Source of the DNA: Bacteroidales bacterium
Lineage (GTDB): Bacteria > Bacteroidota > Bacteroidia > Bacteroidales > UBA1402
Direction of reading: 5' to 3'
DNA: 64,000 nucleotides
NCBI GenBank assembly: GCA_017446025.1
Contig: JAFSRR010000095.1
Coordinates: 14,081-78,080 of the forward strand
Made by a program: the position numbers and the translations under genes. The notes under the pieces are model-generated. The model was not told where the DNA came from. It ran no database searches and saw only the letters and a list, made by a program, of their open reading frames with translations. Position 1 is the first letter of the stretch; every line of letters begins with the position of its first letter. Shown here one piece after another: positions 7,531 through 15,813 of the stretch.

Positions 7531-8955
7531 TTAGGCAAATACGCCCATTTTAAGCAATGATACTTCGCGATCTGTCAGATGTCTCCATTTGCCGCGCGGC
7601 AGATTCTTCTTGGTCAGGCCGGCAAAATAGACACGGTCGAGTTTATAGACCCTGTAGCCGAACTGTTCGAAAATACGGCGTACGACACGGTTCTGACCCG
7701 AGTGGATTTCAATGCCGATGACATTCTTCTTCTCGTTGACATAGCTGATTTCATCGACAGCCACATGTTCGCCGTCCAGTTCGACCCCTTCCGAGATCTT
7801 GGCCATGTCCTCTTCGGTCAGGTCCTTGTCGAGCGTGGCTTGGTAGATCTTGCGTTTCTCGTATTTCGGATGGGCCAGTTTGGAGGCCAGGTCGCCGTCG
7901 TTGGTGAGCAGCAGCACACCCGTGGTATTGCGGTCCAGTCGGCCCACCGGATAGATACGCTCGTAGCAGGCGTTCTTGACCAGATCCATCACCGTGAGGC
8001 GCTCTTGCGGATCTTCCGACGTGGTGACACAGTCTTTGGGCTTGTTGAGCAGGATATAGACCTTGCGCTCGATCTTGACGGGCTGGTCGTGGAACATGAT
8101 TTCGTCAGAAGGCAGCACCTTGACACCCAGTTCGCAGACCATCTCGCCATTGACCTTGACCACCCCGGCCTGGATGTATTCGTCGGCCTCACGGCGCGAG
8201 CAGATACCGGCGTTCGAGAGGAACTTGTTCAGGCGGATAGGCGTGGTGGGGTCCAGATTGGGCGCATACCTGGGCGTCTTGAACTCGTTTTCGGCCAACC
8301 AGGCAGTGCCTTCGCTGTTTTTCTTGATGCGGGGCCGGCGGGGACGGCCGTCGGGACGGTTGCCGTAGTCCTTGGCAGGCTCTTCGGCAAAGTTGGGACG
8401 GGGACGGCTGTAGCCACCCTGGCCGCGGTTGTAGCCGCCCTGCGGACGACGCGGACGATCGAAGGAGTGTTCGCCGCCTTCGTTGTTGTAGGGACGACGC
8501 GGACGGAACTCCCCTTTCTCTTCGCCGTCCTGGTGATTGAACGGACGATAGGGACGGCGCTCGAAGCGCTGTTCACCATGGTTGTTCTGGTAGAAACGGT
8601 TGCCCGAAGAGGCTTCTCCGTCGTTGTTGTTATACGGACGGCGCGGACGGTCGAACGAACGCTCGCCACCCTCGTTGTTGTAGGGGCGGCGCGGACGGTA
8701 GCCACCCCTGTCCTCGCCATCCTGGCCATAGGAGCGATAGCGGCGTTCACCGCCATCACCATAGGAACGGTCTTCTGAATTGTAATTGCGACGCGGACGG
8801 TCGAATGAGCGGGCGTCGTTGCCACGCTGACGATAAGGCTGATCGTAGCGGGTTCTTTCCTGTCCTCCATAGCTGCGACGGAATTCGTTCCCTTCGTTGC
8901 CGGCAGTTGCACCTTCCTCAGGCTTCTCCTGCCCTCTTTCGTTTTCTGTGATCAT
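7531..8955 (-). CDS. rluB: pseudouridine synthase (RluB/RsuA family) with long N-terminal low-complexity extension
   Basis: S4 domain (RLNKFLSNAGICSRREADEYIQ) plus the catalytic PVGRLDRNTTGVLLLTNDG motif. It is preceded by about 235 aa of Arg/Gly/Tyr/Asn/Glu repeats, and there is no internal Met before the S4 domain. Confidence 0.85.
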   Translation of the reverse strand: MITENERGQEKPEEGATAGNEGNEFRRSYGGQERTRYDQPYRQRGNDARSFDRPRRNYNSEDRSYGDGGERRYRSYGQDGEDRGGYRPRRPYNNEGGERSFDRPRRPYNNNDGEASSGNRFYQNNHGEQRFERRPYRPFNHQDGEEKGEFRPRRPYNNEGGEHSFDRPRRPQGGYNRGQGGYSRPRPNFAEEPAKDYGNRPDGRPRRPRIKKNSEGTAWLAENEFKTPRYAPNLDPTTPIRLNKFLSNAGICSRREADEYIQAGVVKVNGEMVCELGVKVLPSDEIMFHDQPVKIERKVYILLNKPKDCVTTSEDPQERLTVMDLVKNACYERIYPVGRLDRNTTGVLLLTNDGDLASKLAHPKYEKRKIYQATLDKDLTEEDMAKISEGVELDGEHVAVDEISYVNEKKNVIGIEIHSGQNRVVRRIFEQFGYRVYKLDRVYFAGLTKKNLPRGKWRHLTDREVSLLKMGVFA

Positions 8956-8981
8956 TGTTTTGTTTTAAATTGAAATATGAA

Positions 8982-10325
8982 TTACATGCCTGTATAGGTA
9001 TCAGGTCTGATTTGGCGCAGTTCGGCCTTTACCGATTCGCTGACATCGAGCGTGTCGATGAAGTCGGCGATGGACTGCTCGGTGATGGCCTCGTTGGTGC
9101 GGGTCAGGGCCTTGAGGGCCTCGTAGGGATTGGGATAGCCCTCGCGGCGCAGGATGGTTTGGATGCCCTCGGCCACCACGGCCCAGTGGTTGGCCAGGTC
9201 CTTTTGCAGGGCGGCCTCGTTGAGCAGCAGTTTGCCCAGGCCCTTGAGCGTGCTCTTGAAGGCGATGAGCTCATGGGCGAAAGGCAGACCGACAGTGCGC
9301 AGCACGGTCGAGTCGGTCAGGTCACGCTGCAGACGCGAAACGGGCAGCTTGGCGGCCAGATGGGCCAGCAGGGCGTTGGCCACACCCAGGTTGCCTTCCG
9401 AGTTTTCAAAATCGATGGGGTTGACCTTGTGCGGCATGGCCGACGAACCCACTTCACCGGCTTTGATCTTCTGCTTGAAGTACTCCATGGAGATATACAT
9501 CCACATGTCGCGGTCCAGGTCGAGCACGATGCTGTTGATGCGCTTCATGGCATCGAAGATGGCAGCCAGATGGTCGTAGTTGGAGATCTGCGTGGTGTAG
9601 ACTTCACGGCGCAAGCCCAGCTTTTTATCGAGGAAGCCGGCGGCAAAGGCAGGCCAGTCGATATCGGGATAGGCCACGTGATGGGCGTTGAAATTGCCGG
9701 TGGCACCGCCGAACTTGGCCGAGAAAGGCAGCCCCTTGAGCAGGGAAAGCTGCTCTTGCAGACGATAGACAAACACCTTAATTTCCTTGCCCAGCCGGGT
9801 CGGCGAAGCCGGTTGGCCGTGAGTCTTGGCCAGCATGGGCACAGCCTTCCATGTCTCGGCATAGGAGGCCAGGGTGTCGATCAATTCCTGCAGGACAGGA
9901 TAATAGACTTGTTCGAGCGCCTCCTTGACAGACAAAGGCACCGAGGTGTTGTTGATATCCTGCGACGTCAGTCCGAAATGGATAAACTCCTTGTAGGCAC
10001 CTAGCCCCAGTCGGTCGAACTCCTCCTTGAGAAAATATTCGACGGCCTTGACATCGTGGTTGGTGGTCTTCTCGATGGTCTTGATGCGGGCAGCCTCTTC
10101 GAGGGTGAAACAACGGTAGATATCCCGCAAGGGCTCGAAAGTGTCCTGTGGTAAAGATTCAAGCTGCTTGAGGGGAATTTCGCTGAGCGCGATGAAATAT
10201 TCGACTTCCACCCGCACCCGGTAACGTATCAATGCGAACTCCGAAAAATAGTCGCCGAGGGCTTCTGTCTGGTTGCGGTACCTTCCATCAACGGAAGAGA
10301 CCGCAGTAAGGGGAGTAAGTTCCAT
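8982..10325 (-). CDS. purB: adenylosuccinate lyase
   Basis: MELTPLTAVSSVDGRYR start and the fumarate-lyase signature GSSAMPHKVNP. The start was trimmed from the longer ORF to ATG 10325. Confidence 0.95.
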   Translation of the reverse strand: MELTPLTAVSSVDGRYRNQTEALGDYFSEFALIRYRVRVEVEYFIALSEIPLKQLESLPQDTFEPLRDIYRCFTLEEAARIKTIEKTTNHDVKAVEYFLKEEFDRLGLGAYKEFIHFGLTSQDINNTSVPLSVKEALEQVYYPVLQELIDTLASYAETWKAVPMLAKTHGQPASPTRLGKEIKVFVYRLQEQLSLLKGLPFSAKFGGATGNFNAHHVAYPDIDWPAFAAGFLDKKLGLRREVYTTQISNYDHLAAIFDAMKRINSIVLDLDRDMWMYISMEYFKQKIKAGEVGSSAMPHKVNPIDFENSEGNLGVANALLAHLAAKLPVSRLQRDLTDSTVLRTVGLPFAHELIAFKSTLKGLGKLLLNEAALQKDLANHWAVVAEGIQTILRREGYPNPYEALKALTRTNEAITEQSIADFIDTLDVSESVKAELRQIRPDTYTGM

Positions 10326-10347
10326 TTTCCTAATACTTTGCAAGTGG

Positions 10348-10355
10348 CAAAGGTA
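10348..10355 (-). promoter_or_regulatory. candidate -7 box (TACCTTTG) upstream of purB
   Basis: TAnnTTTG match 22 nt upstream of the purB ATG. No clean -33 TTTG was seen. Confidence 0.35.
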
Positions 10356-10388
10356 CGACAAGATTTCGAACCGCCGATACATTTGCCG

Positions 10389-10420
10389 ATAAAAAAATCA
10401 GGCACCCGAAAAAGTGCCTG
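10389..10420 (-). terminator. rho-independent terminator after tRNA-Val
   Basis: Stem CAGGCAC/GTGCCTG (10399-10405 / 10414-10420), followed on the minus strand by a T7 run. Confidence 0.75.
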
Positions 10421-10428
10421 AAGAAAGG

Positions 10429-10503
10429 TGGGCGTTTACGGATTCGAACCGCAGACCCTCTGCTTGTAGGGCAGATGCTCTGAACCAGCTGAGCTAAACG
10501 CCC
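10429..10503 (-). tRNA. tRNA-Val (anticodon TAC)
   Basis: A 75-nt cloverleaf folded by hand: acceptor GGGCGTT/AACGCCC, D arm GCTC..GAGC, anticodon arm TCTGC-CCTACAA-GCAGA, T arm TGCGG-TTCGAAT-CCGTA. CCA is not fully encoded. Loop position 33 is C rather than U. Confidence 0.85.
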
Positions 10504-10521
10504 TTGCTCGAAAAAGCGGTG

Positions 10522-10552
10522 CAAAGATACGGCGAAAAATGATACCTGCAAA
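10522..10552 (-). promoter_or_regulatory. promoter of tRNA-Val (TTTG-N19-TATCTTTG)
   Basis: Exact consensus on the minus strand. The -7 box ends 18 nt upstream of the mature tRNA 5' end. Confidence 0.6.
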
Positions 10553-10560
10553 TTTTTCCG

Positions 10561-10597
10561 TAAAAAAAATCCGGCCTGCCTTGGAAGGCAAGCCGGA
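10561..10597 (-). terminator. rho-independent terminator after the FKBP gene
   Basis: Arms 10570-10580 and 10587-10597 pair at 10 of 11 positions, followed on the minus strand by a T8 run. Confidence 0.75.
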
Positions 10598-10621
10598 CCT
10601 ATGGTGATAAGAGTATCCTGC

Positions 10622-11389
10622 TTATTTGTTGATGATGTCGAGCAGTTCGACTTCGAAGATCAGCATGGAACCCGGAGCGATGACATCGCCGGCACCCTGG
10701 TCGCCGTAGGCCAGGTCGGAGGGGATGTAGAATTTGTACTTCGAGCCGACCTTCATCAGCTGCAGGCCTTCCTGCCAGCCGGGGATCACCTGGGATACAC
10801 CAAACTGGGCGGGCGTGCCGCGGTCGACCGAGCTGTCGAACACCGTACCGTCGAGCAGCGTGCCGTGGTAGTGGACACTGACACGGTCGGCGACTGTCGG
10901 GGTAGCCCCTTCACCTTCGGTGATGACTTCGTACTGCAGACCGGAAGCGGTGGTCTTGACACCTTCCTTCTTGGCATTCTCGGCCATGAATTCGGCAGCG
11001 ACTTTCTTGTTCTTCTGGGCCTGCTGCTCCATGACAGACATCATGCAGTGCTGGAAAATCTGGTAAGCCTGTTCGGGTTTGATCTTCAGCTTGCTGTCTT
11101 CGCCATTGAGTGCCATCGTGAAGGCCTTCATGAAGACTTTCATATTGATATCGACGGGCATCTGCTCGAAGTTCTCACGCAGGTTGTCACCCAGACCTAC
11201 ACCGTAGGCATAGCTCAAGCTGTCTTCCAGGCTGCCGAGCGACTTGGCGGCGGCGGGTTTGTCGACTACAACTTTGGTGGAATCGGCGCCATCAGCCTTG
11301 GCGGCTGCATTGCCCGAGCAGTTTCCGAAAAGGAGGCCCATCATGGCCAGACCGACCATGGAGGCGGCTGCAAAAACGTTCTTCTTCAT
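10622..11389 (-). CDS. FKBP-type peptidyl-prolyl cis-trans isomerase (secreted, FkpA/FklB-like)
   Basis: Signal peptide plus a C-terminal FKBP domain (VHYHGTLLDGTVFDSS..FGVSQVIPGWQEGLQLM..YIPSDLAYG). Confidence 0.9.
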   Translation of the reverse strand: MKKNVFAAASMVGLAMMGLLFGNCSGNAAAKADGADSTKVVVDKPAAAKSLGSLEDSLSYAYGVGLGDNLRENFEQMPVDINMKVFMKAFTMALNGEDSKLKIKPEQAYQIFQHCMMSVMEQQAQKNKKVAAEFMAENAKKEGVKTTASGLQYEVITEGEGATPTVADRVSVHYHGTLLDGTVFDSSVDRGTPAQFGVSQVIPGWQEGLQLMKVGSKYKFYIPSDLAYGDQGAGDVIAPGSMLIFEVELLDIINK

Positions 11390-11602
11390 TTTGTATCAGT
11401 TAATCAGTTAATAATTTGTCCGAAAAAACGCCGCAAAATTAGTACATGACAAGCCCAAAAACAAAAAATCGGCCTTTTTTTTCGACCAGGCGGGCAGGGA
11501 AGGGTCCTAAAATACGCACAGACGGCTTTTTAAGGCCATCATGATGGTGAATCCAGAATTAATTACTAATTTAGAGGCTCGATTACCACCAACACAGAAA
11601 TC

Positions 11603-13279
11603 ATGTCGAATACTGTCAAAATCAAGTGTATCAACACGGGGACCTGCCAGTTGTTTCCCAAAGGGACCACCCTGACGGAAATAGCCGACAGCCTGCGCGA
11701 AAACGGTCTGTTGGCCATGGAGCCCCTGGCCGCCAAAGTCAACAACCGCATCACCAGCCTCAACTGGGAGATATATCATCCCAAGAATGTCGAATTCATC
11801 GATATCCGTGATGCCGCCGGCATGCGCGTCTATGTGCGGACGCTCACCTTCCTCATCTCGGCCGCCGTGGCCGAACTCTATCCCGAAGGGAGTTTCCGTC
11901 TGGAGCACTCTGTCTCGAACGGCTACTATTGCCTCATCGAAAACGGGCATCCGCTGACGGAGCAGGAACTCGATGCCATCAAAAAGCGCACCCGCGAGCT
12001 GATCGAAGCCGATCTGCCCATCGAATATGTCGAAGAGGAGACCGACATCCTCACGGAGAAATTCCGCCAGGCCCGCCGACCCGACATCGTACGGCTTTTG
12101 AGCAACTACAATCATACCTACGCCTGCTATTCCAAGATGGGAGAGCACATCGACTACTATTACGGTCCGCTCTGTGCTTCCAGTCGCGCTGTCGGCCTGT
12201 TCGACATCATTCCCCTGACCGACGGGGGCTTCCTGCTGCAAGTGCCCGACACCAAAGACCCCAGTCACCTGGCGCCCTTTGTTGACCAACCCAAACTGCT
12301 GAACGCCTTCAAGACCTTCATCCACTGGAACCGCATCAATTCCCTGAGCAACATCGGCGACCTGAACCTGGCCGTCAAGCAGGGCCGGGCTTCCCATATC
12401 ATCAATGTGTCGGAGGCGCTGCAAGAAAAGAAAATCGCCCAGATGGCCGACGAGATCCTCTCCCAGACCAACAAGAAAAAGATCATCCTGGTGGCCGGGC
12501 CCTCCTCTTCGGGCAAGACCACGTTCAGCAAGCGGCTGGCCGTCCAGCTGGCCGCCTCTGGGGCCTTCCCCATCTCCCTTTCGCTCGACGACTATTTCCT
12601 CGAGCGCGAGCAATCGCCCCGCGACGAGAACGGCAACTACGACTACGAAGCGCTGTACGCCCTCGACCTGGAGCTGTTCAACAACCAGCTCATCGACCTG
12701 CTCGACGGCAAAGCGGTCAAGATCCCCCGCTACAATTTTACCACGGGGCACAAGGAGTTTTCCGACGACCGCACCATCCAGCTCAACGACGACAACATCC
12801 TCATCCTGGAAGGCATCCATGCCTTGAACCCCCAGCTGCTGCCCAAGATTCCGGCCCGCGTGCAATATAAGATATACGTATCGGCGCTTACTTCCATCTC
12901 GCTCGACAACCACAACCACATCTCGACGGCCGACAACCGGCTCATCCGCCGCATGATCCGCGACGCCCAGTACCGGAGCATCCCGGCCCGCGAGACCATC
13001 TCGCGCTGGCCCAGCGTCAGGGCAGGCGAAGACAAATGGATTTTCCCTTACCAGGAAAATGCCGATGCCGTGTTCAATTCAGCCCTGCTCTACGAGCTCT
13101 CCGTGCTCAAGCAGTTTGCCGAGCCCCTGCTGCTTTCCGTGCCGCAGACCTGCCCCGAATATACCGAAGCATGGCGGCTGCTGTGCTTCCTGGACTACCT
13201 GCAGCCCATCGGCGGTCTGCAGATTCCGCCCACCTCGCTATTGAGGGAATTTGTGGGTGGCAGCAGTTTCAACTATTGA
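11603..13279 (+). CDS. uridine kinase/PRK-family P-loop kinase fused to an N-terminal TGS/ThrRS-N-like domain
   Basis: 558 aa. Walker A motif VAGPSSSGKTTF with a Udk-like core (LDDYF..ILILEGIHALNP..RRMIRD). The N-terminal ~230 aa resemble the TGS plus second-additional domains of ThrRS. Confidence 0.75.
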   Translation: MSNTVKIKCINTGTCQLFPKGTTLTEIADSLRENGLLAMEPLAAKVNNRITSLNWEIYHPKNVEFIDIRDAAGMRVYVRTLTFLISAAVAELYPEGSFRLEHSVSNGYYCLIENGHPLTEQELDAIKKRTRELIEADLPIEYVEEETDILTEKFRQARRPDIVRLLSNYNHTYACYSKMGEHIDYYYGPLCASSRAVGLFDIIPLTDGGFLLQVPDTKDPSHLAPFVDQPKLLNAFKTFIHWNRINSLSNIGDLNLAVKQGRASHIINVSEALQEKKIAQMADEILSQTNKKKIILVAGPSSSGKTTFSKRLAVQLAASGAFPISLSLDDYFLEREQSPRDENGNYDYEALYALDLELFNNQLIDLLDGKAVKIPRYNFTTGHKEFSDDRTIQLNDDNILILEGIHALNPQLLPKIPARVQYKIYVSALTSISLDNHNHISTADNRLIRRMIRDAQYRSIPARETISRWPSVRAGEDKWIFPYQENADAVFNSALLYELSVLKQFAEPLLLSVPQTCPEYTEAWRLLCFLDYLQPIGGLQIPPTSLLREFVGGSSFNY

Positions 13280-13311
13280 TTTGCGATTGCGGCCCGTTTG
13301 AACTATCTTTG
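13280..13311 (+). promoter_or_regulatory. promoter of rpoN (TTTG-N20-TATCTTTG)
   Basis: Consensus elements lie 24 nt upstream of the ATG at 13335. Confidence 0.55.
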
Positions 13312-13334
13312 CATTGTCTCCACACCCTACCGCC

Positions 13335-14852
13335 ATGGCCATCAGTCAGCAGCAAACCCTCAAACAGCAGCAGCGCCTCACCCAGGCCCAGATCCAGCAA
13401 ATCAAGATGTTGGAGATTCCCGCCCTGGAGATGGAAGAGCGCATCCTGCGGGAAATCGACAGCAACCCGGCCCTGGAGTTCGGGGAAGACCCCGAACAGG
13501 CCGACAAAGCCGAGGATTTTGAGACGGAGACCGATGACAGCCTGGAGGACGAATCCGGCGACGAAAACGATTTTCCGGCCGACGACCAACGCGACGAGGA
13601 TCCCGACGACCTGCTCGACTACGACAACGACTACGACGACCGGGCGGCCGACTATGCCGAGACCCAGCCCTACGATCCCAACGCCGAGGCCGACCGCCGC
13701 GAGCCCTTCCTGGGTGTGCAGACAGCCTCCCTGCAGGAATACCTGCGCCAGCAGCTGAGCGACCTCAATCTGGACCAGCGGCAGACCATTATCGGCGAAT
13801 ACATCATCGGCAGCATCGAAGAAGACGGCTATCTGAGGACCAGTCTGGGAGCCATCGCCGACCAGTTGTCGTTCCAGCGTTCGATGGATGTCGATGAGAC
13901 CGAGATGCAGCAAGTGCTGCAGCAGATCCAGACCTTCGAACCCTCCGGAGTGGCGGCCAAGGATTTGCAGGAATGTCTGCTGCTGCAACTCAAAAACCGG
14001 GAACAGAGCCCGCAGACCGAGCTGGCCATCGATATACTGGAGCACCATTTCAAAGATTTTTCCGAGCAGCGCTATGGCAAAATCAGCCAAGCCCTGGACC
14101 TGGACGAGACCCAGCTCGACGAAGTCAAAAAGCTCATCTCCCGGCTCAATCCCAAACCCGGCAACGGTTGGGAAGCCTCGCTGCTCAATGAAAGCGGCCG
14201 GCAGATCACGCCCGATTTCCTGCTCGAAAACCACGACGGCAAGCTGGAATTGAGCCTGAACGACACCAGCCTGCCCGACCTGCACGTGAGCCGCTACTAC
14301 CGCCAGCTGGCCCGCAAAGAGAAAAGCGGCGGCAAAGGACGCAGCCAGTCGGAGCGCGAAGCCGTGGCCTTCGCCCGCCAGAAGGTGGAGGCTGCCAGTT
14401 GGTTCATCAATGCCATCCGGCAGCGCCAACAGACCCTGATGCACACCATGCAGGCCATCGTCGACCGCCAGAAAGACTTTTTCCTGAGCGGCGAGGAAAA
14501 GCGCCTCCGGCCCATGAAGCTCAAAGATGTGGCCGCCGACACGGGGCTCGATATCTCCACCGTTTCGCGCGTGAGCAACAGCAAATACATCCAGACCGAA
14601 TTCGGCATCTTCCCGCTCAAGTTCTTCTTCTCGGAGTCGATGCAGACCACCGGTGGGGAGGAAGTCTCCGTGAGGGAAATCAAGACTACCCTGAAAGAAA
14701 TCATCGATGCTGAAGACAAAAACAGCCCCCTGACCGACGATGCCCTGGTGGAAATGCTGCAAGCAAAAGGCTACCGGATTGCCCGCCGCACCGTGGCCAA
14801 ATACCGCGAGCAGCTGGGCATCGCCACCTCCCGCCTGCGCACCAGGCGCTGA
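13335..14852 (+). CDS. rpoN: RNA polymerase sigma-54 factor
   Basis: Gln-rich region I ([23 protein letters not shown]), an acidic region II, and a C-terminal RpoN box ([10 protein letters not shown]). ATG 13335 was preferred over the TTG at 13314. Confidence 0.9.
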   Translation: MAISQQQTLKQQQRLTQAQIQQIKMLEIPALEMEERILREIDSNPALEFGEDPEQADKAEDFETETDDSLEDESGDENDFPADDQRDEDPDDLLDYDNDYDDRAADYAETQPYDPNAEADRREPFLGVQTASLQEYLRQQLSDLNLDQRQTIIGEYIIGSIEEDGYLRTSLGAIADQLSFQRSMDVDETEMQQVLQQIQTFEPSGVAAKDLQECLLLQLKNREQSPQTELAIDILEHHFKDFSEQRYGKISQALDLDETQLDEVKKLISRLNPKPGNGWEASLLNESGRQITPDFLLENHDGKLELSLNDTSLPDLHVSRYYRQLARKEKSGGKGRSQSEREAVAFARQKVEAASWFINAIRQRQQTLMHTMQAIVDRQKDFFLSGEEKRLRPMKLKDVAADTGLDISTVSRVSNSKYIQTEFGIFPLKFFFSESMQTTGGEEVSVREIKTTLKEIIDAEDKNSPLTDDALVEMLQAKGYRIARRTVAKYREQLGIATSRLRTRR

Positions 14853-14890
14853 AAAGCCAATTGTACAAACATCATAAAAACAACATCTCA

Positions 14891-15268
14891 ATGAACGTAC
14901 CTGCAAACCTAAAGTACACCAAGGATCACGAATGGATCCGCGTTGAAGGAAACGAAGCCTATGTCGGCATTACCGATTTTGCCCAGTCCGAACTGGGAGA
15001 GATCGTCTTTGTCGATATCAACACTGTAGGGGAAACCCTGGCCAAGGAAGACGTGTTCGGCACCGTCGAGGCCGTCAAGGCCGTATCCGACCTTTTCCTG
15101 CCCGCCAGCGGTGAAATCCTCGAACAGAACCAGGCCCTGGAAAACCAGCCAGAACTGGTCAACCAGGATCCCTACGGCGAGGGTTGGATGATCAAAATCG
15201 CCCTCTCGGACGCAGCCCAGATAGACACTTTGCTCGATGCCGCCGCCTACAGCGAATTAATCAAATAA
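14891..15268 (+). CDS. gcvH: glycine cleavage system protein H
   Basis: 125 aa. [11 protein letters not shown] start and the lipoyl-lysine motif VEAVKAVSD. Confidence 0.95.
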   Translation: MNVPANLKYTKDHEWIRVEGNEAYVGITDFAQSELGEIVFVDINTVGETLAKEDVFGTVEAVKAVSDLFLPASGEILEQNQALENQPELVNQDPYGEGWMIKIALSDAAQIDTLLDAAAYSELIK

Positions 15269-15272
15269 GACA

Positions 15273-15782
15273 ATGAAAGCCCTCGTCAGCATCATCATGG
15301 GCAGCACTTCCGACCTGCCCGTCATGGAAAAAGCAGCCACGCTGCTCAACGACTTCCAGATTCCTTTTGAGATGCACGCCCTCTCGGCCCACCGCACTCC
15401 CGAAGCCGTCGAAAAGTTTGCCTCGCAGGCAGCGTCCCGCGGCATCAAGGTCATCATCGCCGGAGCCGGCATGGCCGCCGCCCTGCCCGGGGTGATTGCC
15501 GCCAACACCCCCCTGCCCGTCATCGGCGTACCCATTGCCGCCAGCCTGAGCGGCATGGATGCCCTGCTGGCCATCGTGCAGATGCCTCCGGGCATTCCCG
15601 TGGCCACAGTGGCCGTGAACGGTGCCATGAACGCCGCCATCCTGGCCGTCGAGATGCTGGCCCTCTCCGATGCCGGCCTGGCTGCCCGGCTGGCCGCCTA
15701 CAAGGAAGGCCTGAAAGACAAGATCACCAAGGCCGACCAGGCCCTGCAGGAAGTATCCTTCCCCTACAAGGTCAACGACTAA
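15273..15782 (+). CDS. purE: 5-(carboxyamino)imidazole ribonucleotide mutase
   Basis: IIMGSTSD..SAHRTP..IIAGAGMAAALPGV..PVIGVP motifs. Confidence 0.95.
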   Translation: MKALVSIIMGSTSDLPVMEKAATLLNDFQIPFEMHALSAHRTPEAVEKFASQAASRGIKVIIAGAGMAAALPGVIAANTPLPVIGVPIAASLSGMDALLAIVQMPPGIPVATVAVNGAMNAAILAVEMLALSDAGLAARLAAYKEGLKDKITKADQALQEVSFPYKVND

Positions 15783-15813
15783 ACTGTCTTCCGGGGCGAC
15801 CTTACAGCCAATC

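Noticed and set aside
8449-8698. Two ~57-nt near-identical direct DNA repeats ~190 bp apart, considered as a possible CRISPR-like or mobile-element repeat
   Set aside because: Both are in frame inside rluB and encode the repeated peptide RPRRPYNNEGGE(R/H)SFDRPRRP. There is no array structure.
11507-12919. 470-aa ORF on the minus strand, antisense to the kinase gene
   Set aside because: It is a shadow ORF. Its composition (G/V/D/A/L/Q/H-rich, no motifs) is typical of the antisense frame of GC-rich, codon-biased genes, and the sense-strand protein has clear conserved motifs.
13269-14906. 545-aa minus-strand ORF covering all of rpoN
   Set aside because: It is antisense to an unmistakable sigma-54 gene. 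It is low-complexity and has no start context or promoter.
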